Origin: an uncultured Gammaproteobacteria bacterium
GTDB lineage: Bacteria; Patescibacteriota; Patescibacteriia; JACRJV01
DNA: 64,000 nt
Reading direction: 5' to 3'
NCBI GenBank assembly: GCA_964576005.1
Contig: CAZNTM010000001.1
Location: 3,711-67,710 of the forward strand
In this document: positions 38,253 to 48,149 of the stretch, one piece after another
Layout of the letters: every line of letters begins with the position of its first letter
How positions within the stretch are numbered: position 1 is the first letter of the stretch
Made by a program: the position numbers and the translations under genes
The notes under the pieces: model-generated
Database searches by the model: none
What the model saw: the letters and a program-made list of their open reading frames with translations, nothing else
What the model was told of the DNA's origin: nothing

Positions 38253-39773
38253 ATGCCCGGGTATTCACTCCTGGAGTTGAGTCGGTACTCCTACTTCACG
38301 CTTCAAGAGATTAATCTCTACCCTTACCTCGCATGGGCGTTTTATATTATCTTGCTGGTGTTGACCCCGTTTCTTTTTCAACGTCCGCGGTTGTTGTTCA
38401 TCCTGTTTCTTGCGTCGCTTCCGTTTGAGGCGGGACTCCTGCTTGACGTTGGATTTTTTATTCGGCCGAGTTATGTGCTCGGGATGCTTTTCATCATCAA
38501 GACATTTTTTTGCGGGATTCATTTTCCCCGTCGCGCTGTGCTGATTATCGGGGCGTTTTTTGGCTTCGCTCTGCTTTCTCTTTTGTTGAATCTCGATCTC
38601 ATCGGTCGTTTTGTCGGAATGGAAACTCGCGCTACTGTCTACCGACCACTGCTCCAACTTGGCCAGCTTTCTACCATGCTGTTGGTGATGGTGTCGGTTT
38701 ATACATTACTCAAGCGGGATACGCTCTTCCCGCAAGCGGTGCGAGTGATGCATTGGGTGTCCGTTACTGTGGCACTCTATGCCATTTGGGAAGTGACCGC
38801 GATCTACCTCCATTTGCCGTACCTTAATCTCAATAATCATCTTCCCGAATTTTGGTACATTAAGTTCGGCATTCCCAATGGCCCGCTTATTTTTCGTCCC
38901 CGCGTCACATTTATTGAGCCGATTGAGCTGAATAATTTTTTGCTTTTTGGCATCACGTGTTCGCTGATCTACCGTCTCGTCTACAACCGGCGTGGGTGGC
39001 GATACTGGCTCACCCTTGCTGTTCAACTTATTCCGTTATTTGGAGCCTTTTCACGTTCGACGTTATTGACCTTGTTTGTGCTCGTACCCGTGTTCACGTT
39101 TTTTTACCCCCGCACCGGCGCTCGTGGCCCTGTAAAATTTTTTACCCGACAGAGCGTTCGGATGACGACCGTGGTTTTATTTATGTTTATTTTGTTTCGG
39201 GCATTCACCTTGACCCCGGAAGCGTACGAGAGCGTTGGCACGGTAAGTTCAATTCTCTATAGCAGGTTCGCTCGTTTTCATTCCATCTCCATCGGTGCTG
39301 AACTAAGCATCTTAGGTCGCACGGGGGCACTGGAAGAGGCGCAGTTGCTTGCTCGTGATGGGAGGATTTGGTTCGGGGTTGGGCCGGGTAACGAAGTGAG
39401 TTGGTGGGGAGGGACCGGATCATTCTACTCGCTCTACAGTCAACTGGTCATGAACTTTGGTCTGGTCGGGCTCACGATTTTTTTGTTTTTTGTCGGACAG
39501 GTCCTCTCGCGCCTACTCATCAACGCATGGCGTCGGAACTGGGACATCCATGGTCGTCAGGCGCAATGGATTTTCTTTATCGGACTTTCTGCGATATTAG
39601 TTCAACGTCTCGCTTTTCCCGGTCTCTTAACTGACACGTACTTCTGGGTGGCGCTCGCCTTTGCGATGTACGTGGGTCACTACCCGGTGAGACGTTCGAT
39701 CGCGTTGCCAGAACGAAAAACACTTCATGCGCAAACGCATGAGGTGTTTCCCTCGCCGGTGGTTTTGCCTTGA
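38253..39773 (+). CDS. O-antigen polymerase/ligase (Wzy/WaaL)-like membrane protein
   Basis: About 11 TM segments, R...F.EP, FSRS, FGVGPGN, GLVG motifs. Confidence 0.75.
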   Translation: MPGYSLLELSRYSYFTLQEINLYPYLAWAFYIILLVLTPFLFQRPRLLFILFLASLPFEAGLLLDVGFFIRPSYVLGMLFIIKTFFCGIHFPRRAVLIIGAFFGFALLSLLLNLDLIGRFVGMETRATVYRPLLQLGQLSTMLLVMVSVYTLLKRDTLFPQAVRVMHWVSVTVALYAIWEVTAIYLHLPYLNLNNHLPEFWYIKFGIPNGPLIFRPRVTFIEPIELNNFLLFGITCSLIYRLVYNRRGWRYWLTLAVQLIPLFGAFSRSTLLTLFVLVPVFTFFYPRTGARGPVKFFTRQSVRMTTVVLFMFILFRAFTLTPEAYESVGTVSSILYSRFARFHSISIGAELSILGRTGALEEAQLLARDGRIWFGVGPGNEVSWWGGTGSFYSLYSQLVMNFGLVGLTIFLFFVGQVLSRLLINAWRRNWDIHGRQAQWIFFIGLSAILVQRLAFPGLLTDTYFWVALAFAMYVGHYPVRRSIALPERKTLHAQTHEVFPSPVVLP

Positions 39774-39777
39774 GCGT

Positions 39778-40806
39778 TTACGACGTTCGTTCGGTACGTG
39801 CTGCTTGGATTTCTGGGAGTGTTTTGAGTAATGCAATCATTGCATCCATCCCCAATATTTGCGTATTCTCTGAAGTATATCCATCGGCGTTCTTGTCAAG
39901 TTTCATCCCACGGCTGAAGTATCGCTCGTAATCAAGTTCACGGCTTTCCGGTACGATGCGGAAGTAATCCCCGCGGTCTTCGAACCGGGCCATTTCTTCG
40001 GCCGAGACGAGCGTTTCGTGGGTTTTTTCACCAGCGCGCACGCCGATGATTTCAACCTCGTGCTGGTCATGAAAAATCCGTTGGAGCGCTTCCGCGAGCG
40101 TGCCAATGGTCGTTGCTGGGGCTTTCCGTACAAAAAGATCGCCTTGGATGCCGTGCGTGAACGCATACAACACGAGGTCAACAGAATGGGTGAGGGGGAG
40201 CATGAAACGCGTCATCTTTGGATTGGTGACGGTGAGCCTTTCACCGCGGAGAATTTTTTCGACAAACAACGGAATCACCGAGCCCCGCGTGTACATCACG
40301 TTGCCGTAGCGAACGCCGCAAAAAACGGTGCGGTTGTGTGAGAGCTGGGCGTGCGCGATCATTGTTTTTTCCATAAGGGCCTTCGACATGCCCATGGCGT
40401 TAATGGGGTACACCGCTTTGTCGGTGGAGAGGATGACGACGCGTTCCACATGGGCCTCCATGGCCGCCTGCATGACGTGAGCGCTCCCAAGGATATTCGT
40501 TTTCACAAGTTCAAGCGGAAAAAATTCTCCCGTCGGGACCTGTTTTAATGCGGCGGCATGGAAGACGAGATTCACCCCCCGCATGGCGAGCGCCACACTG
40601 TCGCGATCACGAACATCGCCGATCTGAAACTCTAAACGCCGATCGGTATGCGCGTTGCGCATGTCAAATTGCTTTTTTTCGTCACGACTGAAGATAGTAA
40701 TTTTACTCGGTTCCATGGCAAGCAGGCGGTCGACGACCGTGCTCCCGAACGAGCCGGTGCCGCCGGTAATGAGAATGCTTTTTCCTCGGATCGCTTCTGC
40801 TGACAT
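39778..40806 (-). CDS. fnlA: UDP-GlcNAc 4,6-dehydratase/epimerase (FnlA/WbjB/CapE type)
   Basis: ITGGTGSFG, SRDEKKQ..MR, HAAALKQVP..EFFP, STDKAVYPINAMG.SKA, RYGNV...RGSVIPLF. Confidence 0.9.
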   Translation of the reverse strand: MSAEAIRGKSILITGGTGSFGSTVVDRLLAMEPSKITIFSRDEKKQFDMRNAHTDRRLEFQIGDVRDRDSVALAMRGVNLVFHAAALKQVPTGEFFPLELVKTNILGSAHVMQAAMEAHVERVVILSTDKAVYPINAMGMSKALMEKTMIAHAQLSHNRTVFCGVRYGNVMYTRGSVIPLFVEKILRGERLTVTNPKMTRFMLPLTHSVDLVLYAFTHGIQGDLFVRKAPATTIGTLAEALQRIFHDQHEVEIIGVRAGEKTHETLVSAEEMARFEDRGDYFRIVPESRELDYERYFSRGMKLDKNADGYTSENTQILGMDAMIALLKTLPEIQAARTERTS

Positions 40807-40818
40807 ACGTTCCTTTTC

Positions 40819-41961
40819 TCAAACGCCCTTGTACCAGACCGTTCGATTCACGTAATCAATGTAGCTCAAAATGGTACGAACAACCATCGTGGAGACGCTG
40901 ACGGTATCATAATCGGGAATGATCCGCAGTCCGGTTGGATTCTTTTCGTACTGCGCGCGGACAACCGCAATGGCATGAAGGACATTCGCGGGCTTCAACC
41001 CAGACATGATCAGCGTGCCTTCATCAACGCCTTCTGGTCGTTCATGGGCTTGGCGGATGGTAATGGCGGGGAATTTGAGGAGCGTTGATTCTTCGGTGAT
41101 TGTGCCGCTATCAGAGACCACGCAGTAGGCATTTCGTTGTAGGGTAACGTAGTCGAAGAAACCGAGAGGTTTCATGAACTGGATCATAGGCTGCTCCATC
41201 GTCCAACCGACCGCCTCGAGGCGTTTGCGGGTGCGCGGGTGGGTGCTGACAATGATTGGTTTTTGGTGGATCTCGACGATGGCTTTGAGTGCGCTTAAGA
41301 AATCTTGGAAATCGGTATCACTGTCAATGTTTTCCTGTCGGTGCGCGCTCACCACAAAGTATTCGGATGGTTTGAGCTTCAAGCGTTGGAGCACATCGGA
41401 GCGTTCGATCTGGGGGAGATAGTGCGTGAGTACTTCTTTCATCGGCGATCCGGTTTTAAATACCGTCTCGGGCCGTATGCCTTCAGCAAGAAGATAGCGG
41501 CGAGCGTGTTCGCTAAAGGTCATGTTGATGTCGCTCGTGTGATCAACAATTTTTCGGTTGATCTCTTCTGGCACACGGCTGTCGAAGCATCGGTTGCCAG
41601 CTTCCATGTGAAAGATGGGAATGTGGCGATGTTTTGCAGGTATAACGGAGAGGCAACTATTGGTATCGCCTAAAATAAGCAGCGCGTCGGGGTTGACTTC
41701 GGAGAGGACGCGATCAATGGCGATAATCACTTTTCCAATGGTCTCGGCAGTGGTGGTGCCGGCGGCCTCAAGAAAGTAGTCTGGTTTACGCACGCCAAGC
41801 TCGTCAAAAAAAATCTGATTCAACTCGTAGTCGTAGTTCTGACCCGTATGAACGAGGACATGGCGGACGTGAGCATCGAGCTCCGCCATCACTCGCGAGA
41901 GCTTGATAATCTCTGGACGCGTGCCGACGACGGTCATGATGCATGGTGGATTGTTTGGCAT
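40819..41961 (-). CDS. fnlC: Non-hydrolysing UDP-HexNAc 2-epimerase (FnlC/WbjD type)
   Basis: VGTRPEIIKLS, HTGQNYDYELN, GDTNS, HMEAGNRCFD.RVPEEINR, SDSGTITEE, HERPEG. Confidence 0.9.
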   Translation of the reverse strand: MPNNPPCIMTVVGTRPEIIKLSRVMAELDAHVRHVLVHTGQNYDYELNQIFFDELGVRKPDYFLEAAGTTTAETIGKVIIAIDRVLSEVNPDALLILGDTNSCLSVIPAKHRHIPIFHMEAGNRCFDSRVPEEINRKIVDHTSDINMTFSEHARRYLLAEGIRPETVFKTGSPMKEVLTHYLPQIERSDVLQRLKLKPSEYFVVSAHRQENIDSDTDFQDFLSALKAIVEIHQKPIIVSTHPRTRKRLEAVGWTMEQPMIQFMKPLGFFDYVTLQRNAYCVVSDSGTITEESTLLKFPAITIRQAHERPEGVDEGTLIMSGLKPANVLHAIAVVRAQYEKNPTGLRIIPDYDTVSVSTMVVRTILSYIDYVNRTVWYKGV

Positions 41962-42041
41962 AACGATACGTGTTATGTGGTCTGCTGCTTTTAAAAAATT
42001 AGGAGCTTGCTCGCCATCATAACAACCCAGCTTGATGGGCG

Positions 42042-43199
42042 TCAACCAGCGTGAGTGCCGGAGTGTGCTGCAGCCTCTGCTAAACAGGAAACGAGCAACT
42101 CAACATTGTCATCCCAGGAAAAGACGGCAGCGCGCCCCAGGGACCGGGCGGATTCCGTATGCCGCTGCTCGCTGCTCCAGCGCAACACGGATTGCATCTC
42201 CCGGGCGAGTGAGGCCGCGTCCCCCGGTGGATAGTAGTGCGCGCTGTTGCCGTAGACTTCCGGCAGCGGAGGATTGTCCGCAGCAATCGAGGGGCAGCCG
42301 TTCGCCATGGCGTCCATCGCAACCAGTCCAAATGATTCTACTCGGCTTGTCATCAGGAATGCTCGAGCATGATTGTAGCACCACGAGAGTTCCGCGGGAT
42401 TCAAGATTCCGAGCCAGCACACCGAATTTCCAAGCCTCGCGCCTGCGATCGCAGATCGGATTCGCCGCTGATACCACCGGAGCGCTCTTGGTTCATTTCC
42501 GGCAATCGCCAGGCGAGCCAACACCGCGTGCTGTTTCAAGAGACGAAGCGCTTCGATGATATCCTCAATACCTCGGTATCGCTGCATACACCCTGCAGTA
42601 AAGAAAAAATCTTCTTTCCACGCTTCGGGGAATCGCTGCGGTTTTTTTGGCTCTCTCTCGAACGGCGCGGGTCGGCCGTAGTGGGCGATGGTGATGTGAT
42701 CTCTTTTTATTGCAAAACGATCCGTTAAAGCCTCTTCGGCAAAATGTGACGGCACCACAACCCGTGCGGCACGTCGGCATGCGATACGCGCGTGAAAGCG
42801 TAAGAGCAGATAACGCAGTCGTTCAATCGGCGTCGTTGTCCATGTCGGTCTTACCAAATGGCTCATATTTTGCAGCATGACCACCACGGGGGTTTCTCCG
42901 ATCTCGAGCCATCGCTCCACAGGAAAAAAAATAACATCAGGAGCAAACTGTTTGACGGTGCTGACCAACCCACGTCCCGGGGAGAGAGAGAGTAAGGGAA
43001 TCGCTTCCGAATCAACGATCGTAAGTTTGGTTGACGGCTTCACCCACTCGCTCAAGCGCCAGAGTTTTGGTACGGCGCACAACACTCCGGTAATTTTCGG
43101 ATGGGCGACGAAGCGCGGTAGGACATTCGTGAGGTAGACGCGGTAGCCTCCACTGATACCTCCACGAGTTGTTGCGGGATGAACCAGCGCTACGCGCAT
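42042..43199 (-). CDS. Glycosyltransferase family 4
   Basis: VVVPS, S.VESFGL...DAMA.GCP, LPEV.G. Confidence 0.88.
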   Translation of the reverse strand: MRVALVHPATTRGGISGGYRVYLTNVLPRFVAHPKITGVLCAVPKLWRLSEWVKPSTKLTIVDSEAIPLLSLSPGRGLVSTVKQFAPDVIFFPVERWLEIGETPVVVMLQNMSHLVRPTWTTTPIERLRYLLLRFHARIACRRAARVVVPSHFAEEALTDRFAIKRDHITIAHYGRPAPFEREPKKPQRFPEAWKEDFFFTAGCMQRYRGIEDIIEALRLLKQHAVLARLAIAGNEPRALRWYQRRIRSAIAGARLGNSVCWLGILNPAELSWCYNHARAFLMTSRVESFGLVAMDAMANGCPSIAADNPPLPEVYGNSAHYYPPGDAASLAREMQSVLRWSSEQRHTESARSLGRAAVFSWDDNVELLVSCLAEAAAHSGTHAG

Positions 43200-44011
43200 A
43201 TGCGTGATACGTCTTTTGGATTGGAAACTTTAGTGGCAACGAGAAAAATTCGTTCAAGCGGGAAGCGCCGCTCGCGGATCGTTGTGGTGATTCGGTGGAA
43301 GAGCTTGTATGGGCTTTGCCAATACACCCGTGCTGCATTCCGCAGCAAGAACGAGGTTGGAAAGAGTTGTGGCAAGACGCGCCCTGATTTCCGAAAGGGA
43401 TTTCCCCAACAGAGCGCTTGGGGCCGCTCTTGAGTTTTTTCAACGTGGGTGATATCGAATCCACTTTTTTTGACGAGCGCTGTGATACTTGTCTCGGTGA
43501 AATCATGAAGATGAAAGGGATTGATATCCATGGTTTGAGAAACCGGAACGGTGAGCAGCAAGAGACCGCCAGGATGCAAGCTTGCATGAATGCTCTCTAG
43601 TAATTTTTCCGGCTTCACAACATGTTCGGCAGTTTCAAACGTCACTACATAATCAATCGGCGGAGAAACGAGTGGTGTGTCATCTGCCACGAGGTCGAGA
43701 TTGCATTGCCTCCACTCGATATTCGCAGTATCAGCGCAGAGATCTTTTGCTTGTGCGATGCGTTCGGGCACAATCTCGATGCCGATGACGTGTTGAGAGT
43801 GTCGTGCCAGGACGCGTGTTCCAAGCCCAATTCCGCAGGCCACATCAATACCGCGCCCCTGTGGGGGTAAAAATGGGATGCATATCTTGTAACGATCTTC
43901 GGCTTCGCGTACTTTCTCCCATGGGAGGTTCATTTTTTGATAGAAGAACTCACCCGTGCGACTGCAGTACTCAGGAGTGTAGGGAATTGTTTTTTCCTCT
44001 CTTGTGTCCAT
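43190..44011 (-). CDS. Class I SAM methyltransferase
   Basis: DVACG.G.G, FET.EHV, L.PGG.L...VP, NPFH; start placed at MDTREE. Confidence 0.85.
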   Translation of the reverse strand: MDTREEKTIPYTPEYCSRTGEFFYQKMNLPWEKVREAEDRYKICIPFLPPQGRGIDVACGIGLGTRVLARHSQHVIGIEIVPERIAQAKDLCADTANIEWRQCNLDLVADDTPLVSPPIDYVVTFETAEHVVKPEKLLESIHASLHPGGLLLLTVPVSQTMDINPFHLHDFTETSITALVKKSGFDITHVEKTQERPQALCWGNPFRKSGRVLPQLFPTSFLLRNAARVYWQSPYKLFHRITTTIRERRFPLERIFLVATKVSNPKDVSRICA

Positions 44012-44113
44012 AGACGGTGGTATTGAACGATTGTATGGGAACGCGGCAGTCATGTCTAGCCTCCTTGCCTTGACGCAGAGACCAATGATATTGTTGCGAC
44101 GGACGGTATTGTT

Positions 44114-45337
44114 ATGCGCGTGCTCATCGTCACTCATTACTTTTGGCCAGAAGTTTTTCGTATCAACGACTTTGCTCGTGGGCTCAAAGCTCGAGGGCAC
44201 GAGGTTGTGGTGTTAACGACGATGCCGAACTATCCCAAAGGCGTCCGGTTCCCTGGCTATGGCTGGTTTCGTCCGCGCCGTGAGATGTTCGATGGAGATA
44301 TTCCGGTGTTCCGTGCTCCGCTCGTGACCCGCGGCAGCAGATCGCCAGCCTGGCGCCTCGCGTTGAGCTATCTTACTGCGACCGTGAGCGCCTCATTCGT
44401 TGGCCTACTCTTTATTCGCGGCCGCATTGATCGCGTATTTATCTACCAACCATCACCAATCACTACCGCAATTCCTGGCATCCTCTTTGGGAAGCTTCGT
44501 CGTGTACCAACGATGCTGTGGGTGCAAGATCTCTGGCCCGAGAGCTTATCAGCGACCGGGTACGTTAAAAATCCCATTGCGCTGCGGATGGTTGGGCAAC
44601 TCGTCAGTTGGATTTATCGGCATTGCACGCAGATCATGGTTCAATCCGAGGGGTTTGTTGAGCGCGTCATTGCCCGTGGAGCGCCAGCAGAGCGCGTGCG
44701 ATATTTCCCCAACTGGGCCGAGGATTTCTACCAGACATTGGATGTTCCAGCTGACGCGCTCGAGCGCCGTGAGCTGCCAGAAGGGTTTCGTATCGTGTTC
44801 GCTGGCAATATTGGTACTGTTCAAGATTTTCCAAGCATTCTTCGTGCCGCAGAGATTCTCCAAAAGAGCAATCCAGAAATTCGTTTCGCAATTTTCGGTG
44901 ATGGTAGTGTGCGCTCATGGGTTGAGTCCGAGATTCGCAGTCGCGGTCTGGAGCAAACTGTTGTGCTCCTTGGGTCACGCCCTGCGAAAGCAATGCCGCG
45001 ATACTTTGCGTGCGCTGATGCCCTCCTCGTGACATTAACGCGTGATCCGATTTTTGCGTTGACGATTCCGGGGAAATTGCAGTCGTATCTTGCCTGCGGT
45101 AAGCCCATTGTCGCATCATTGGAAGGTGAAGGAGCGCGAGCGGTTGAAAGCGCCCAGGCCGGGCTTGTCGCCGTTCCAGAGGATGCCGAATCACTTGCGC
45201 GCACAATACGCGCCATGGCAGCACTCTCATCAGAAGATCGCGCGCTCATGGGTCGGCGTGCTCGTCAATACTATGAGCAAGTGTTTGATCGTGATATGCT
45301 GCTTGAACAACTTGAGTCGTGGATGAAAACGATATGA
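44114..45337 (+). CDS. WbuB-like GT4 (L-FucNAc/L-QuiNAc transferase type)
   Basis: YFWPE.FRIND, MPNYP.G, WVQDLWPES, FAGNIG..Q, TIPGKLQSYLA.GKPI. Confidence 0.88.
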   Translation: MRVLIVTHYFWPEVFRINDFARGLKARGHEVVVLTTMPNYPKGVRFPGYGWFRPRREMFDGDIPVFRAPLVTRGSRSPAWRLALSYLTATVSASFVGLLFIRGRIDRVFIYQPSPITTAIPGILFGKLRRVPTMLWVQDLWPESLSATGYVKNPIALRMVGQLVSWIYRHCTQIMVQSEGFVERVIARGAPAERVRYFPNWAEDFYQTLDVPADALERRELPEGFRIVFAGNIGTVQDFPSILRAAEILQKSNPEIRFAIFGDGSVRSWVESEIRSRGLEQTVVLLGSRPAKAMPRYFACADALLVTLTRDPIFALTIPGKLQSYLACGKPIVASLEGEGARAVESAQAGLVAVPEDAESLARTIRAMAALSSEDRALMGRRARQYYEQVFDRDMLLEQLESWMKTI

Positions 45338-46230
45338 AAACCATTGCAATTTTGGGACCGACCGGCATGTTGGGGAGCATGGTCTATAACGTGCTCAAAG
45401 AGCGCTACCAATTGGTGCTTGTGTATCGCGATGCGGAGAAATTCAAGACACTTGATGCCGTCTATGGCGGCGTTTCCTCTCACCGGAGTGTGGACTGTGA
45501 CCTTATGGATCTCTGTGCCGATTATGTAGCTGGATTTCCAACTGCGGTTCGCTCTCCCGCGCTGGAGCGTCTCGTGAAAGCGATAGGCCCTGTTGATATG
45601 GTGGTCAACTGCGCTGGGGTCATCAAACCGCATAGCACCAAAAATCCGCTTACGACGATGTTTACAAACGCGGCACTTCCGCATCTTTTAAGCGCGGTGT
45701 ACGGCCCACAGTTGATTCAGATTACCACCGACTGTGTATACAACGGTCTTGAGGGCGCTCCGTATAACGAACAGTCTATCAAGAATGCAAACGACCTCTA
45801 CGGTCTTTCAAAAGGTCTTGGCGAACCTCAAGAGCGTTCACTGGTGTTACGCACCTCGATTATTGGCCCGGAACTCGGGAGCAGTGGTCTCTCCTTTCTT
45901 TCCTGGTTTTTGGAGCAACCCGATGGCGCACAGCTTAAAGGGTTTACCAATCACCATTGGAACGGACTCACTACAAAAGTGTTTGCCGAAGTCTGTGCCC
46001 GGATTATTGATGATCGCAGCCGCTACCCCAACACCGGTTTGTTTCATATCTTCTCGACCGATATTTCCAAGTACGACATGCTCCTTAAATGCAAAGCGAA
46101 GTACGGTCGGGAAGTCACTATTGAACCAACCGAAGTGCCAACGGGCATTGACCGTCGGTTGCGAACCGTTTACGACCTCTGCAGCCAACTTGCAATTCCT
46201 TCCTTTGATGAGATGTTAGCCGTGCTGTAG
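45334..46230 (+). CDS. RmlD-like NDP-4-keto-6-deoxysugar reductase
   Basis: LG.TGMLG, NCAG.IK, N..LPH.L, TTDCVY.G, YGLSK.LGE, RTSIIG.E, W.G.T. Confidence 0.88.
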   Translation: MKTIAILGPTGMLGSMVYNVLKERYQLVLVYRDAEKFKTLDAVYGGVSSHRSVDCDLMDLCADYVAGFPTAVRSPALERLVKAIGPVDMVVNCAGVIKPHSTKNPLTTMFTNAALPHLLSAVYGPQLIQITTDCVYNGLEGAPYNEQSIKNANDLYGLSKGLGEPQERSLVLRTSIIGPELGSSGLSFLSWFLEQPDGAQLKGFTNHHWNGLTTKVFAEVCARIIDDRSRYPNTGLFHIFSTDISKYDMLLKCKAKYGREVTIEPTEVPTGIDRRLRTVYDLCSQLAIPSFDEMLAVL

Positions 46231-46244
46231 AAAAAACATGCGGA

Positions 46245-46377
46245 CTGTGAATTACGAAACCCATTCCATTGTCATGGTGAGCTTGTCGAACCATGACGGA
46301 AAGGCCATGTATTTCGCCTCTTTCAGTCACCCTTCGACAAGCTCAGGGTGACAAAAAGGGCGTTTCGTAATTCAGAG
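46245..46377 (-). mobile_element. 133-bp MITE copy 3 (inverted)
   Basis: Reverse complement of copy 2; 6-bp direct repeat TGCGGA on both sides. Confidence 0.95.
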
Positions 46378-46534
46378 TGCGGATCTAGACGGGCGCATGG
46401 GGGCGCCGGCTGCCAGATCCGCGATGGACGGTTTTGGTGGACAATTTAAAAGCAGGAGCGTAAGATGTATTTGACCGATACGGTCGTTTGTTGTTGCTGG
46501 AAACTTCCTACAGTTGGGCATGACGAGATTTACT

Positions 46535-46756
46535 ATGGTATTTTCACGTTGCGTCATCGTGTTGCTGCTGGTTCCTCTTCCGGTCGCAGCATATATTGAT
46601 CCCGGCACCGGCAGTTACTTCTTTCAAATTTTCATTGCGGTATTTCTCAGCGCCCTCGTCTCATTTCGGGGCATCTGGGCGGCGTGCGTGCGCGGCATTC
46701 GCTATGTTTTTCGAAGAGAAGATCCACCCGACGATCGGTCAGTCCCTCCGGTATAA
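46535..46756 (+). CDS. Small membrane protein with an AYIDPGTGS motif
   Basis: Signal-like N-terminus ending VAA, then YIDPGTGS, then a TM helix and basic tail. Confidence 0.7.
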   Translation: MVFSRCVIVLLLVPLPVAAYIDPGTGSYFFQIFIAVFLSALVSFRGIWAACVRGIRYVFRREDPPDDRSVPPV

Positions 46757-48149
46757 TGCGGGGTCTTTCCGGGATCCGAGCGGCTTCGTCTTCTCTCGTG
46801 ACGGGGTGTTGTACCGTCAGGTGAACCCGTGCTATCAGCAGGCGTACGATCGTCTCATGAATTCCGGGTTGTATGACGAGCTTGTTTCGCGCAGTCTCCT
46901 TGTTGCCCATGAGGAGGTCGGGCTCGAGCTTGCGGCCGAAGCTCCTGCGTACAAGGTCATTCATCCCGAGCGGGTGGAGTTTATTTCCTACCCCTACGAG
47001 TGGTGCTTCAGTCAGCTGAAAGAGGCAGCCATAGCAACGCTTTCGATTCAGGCAGAGGCCTTGCGTTTCGACATGACGCTCAAAGACTGCAGCGCCTACA
47101 ATATCCAGTTTTTCCATGGTCGTGCAACGCTCATCGACACGCTCTCGTTCGAGCCGTATGAGGAAGGATCTCCCTGGAAGGCCTATCGGCAATTCTGTGA
47201 GCACTTTCTTGCGCCCCTGGCGCTCATGAGCAAAACAGATGTTCGTTTAGGCCAGCTCTTGCGTCTGTATCCCGATGGGATTCCCTTGGGCCTCACCATT
47301 CGATTGTTGCCCTGGAGAGCGCGACTATCCATCGGGCTGTTGGTGCACCTGTTTTTTCACGTAAAAAGTCAACGGCATTATGCAACTCGAGTAATCGCGG
47401 CCCGTGAACTCCCAAGAACTTTTCATCGCCGCGCCTTTCTTGGTTTACTCGAGAGCCTGCGCACGACCGTGAACAATCTCCATTGGCAGCCGGAGTATAC
47501 GGGTTGGGTGTCATACTACGCGTCAGGCGAAAGTTACACGCTGGAGGCGTTTGAGCATAAAAAGGAGATTGTGGCTGCCTTCCTTTCTCGGCTCGCGGTA
47601 AAGTCCGTCTGGGATCTCGGAGCGAATATCGGAGTCTTCAGCAATCTTGCTCGGAGCATCGGCGCGCAGGTCATTGCATTTGATATGGATCCCGCAGTGG
47701 TGGAGACGCACTACCGGAGCGTTCGCCACAGGGCGGAGCAGGGGATTCTTCCGATCGTGGTAAATTTTGCCAATCCCAGCCCGGGATTAGGGTGGGCACA
47801 CCAAGAGCGCTTGAGCTTCGCCCAGCGTGGGAATGCGGATGCCGTACTCGCGCTCGGGCTCATCCATCATCTCGCCATCACGAACAATGTACCACTACCG
47901 AGAGTCGCCGAATTTTTTCACTCGCTGGGGCGCGCGCTCATCGTGGAGTTTGTCCCAAAGGAGGATCCGCAGGTGCAAGGGCTCCTGCAAACGCGTCGCG
48001 ATATCTTCACGCACTACACCGAGCACCATTTTGTAGCGGCGTTTGAGAAGTACTTCCTCGTTGAAGCCGTAGAATCCATTCGCGGATCCGCGCGCAGACT
48101 CTATTGCATGCGCCGACGCGATCAAGATGACTCACCTTCGCGACTATGA
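46704..48149 (+). CDS. NoeA-like SAM-dependent methyltransferase with an N-terminal kinase-like region
   Basis: SFRDPSG, ISYPYEW.F, LKD.SAYNIQF, ID.LSF, W..YY, WDLGAN.G.FS, L.LIHHL. Confidence 0.8.
   Translation: MFFEEKIHPTIGQSLRYNAGSFRDPSGFVFSRDGVLYRQVNPCYQQAYDRLMNSGLYDELVSRSLLVAHEEVGLELAAEAPAYKVIHPERVEFISYPYEWCFSQLKEAAIATLSIQAEALRFDMTLKDCSAYNIQFFHGRATLIDTLSFEPYEEGSPWKAYRQFCEHFLAPLALMSKTDVRLGQLLRLYPDGIPLGLTIRLLPWRARLSIGLLVHLFFHVKSQRHYATRVIAARELPRTFHRRAFLGLLESLRTTVNNLHWQPEYTGWVSYYASGESYTLEAFEHKKEIVAAFLSRLAVKSVWDLGANIGVFSNLARSIGAQVIAFDMDPAVVETHYRSVRHRAEQGILPIVVNFANPSPGLGWAHQERLSFAQRGNADAVLALGLIHHLAITNNVPLPRVAEFFHSLGRALIVEFVPKEDPQVQGLLQTRRDIFTHYTEHHFVAAFEKYFLVEAVESIRGSARRLYCMRRRDQDDSPSRL

Noticed and set aside
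9496-46377. Repeats as a CRISPR array or integron attC sites
   Set aside because: Copies are kilobases apart, have TIRs and TSDs, and show no spacer periodicity. No cas gene or integrase is present.
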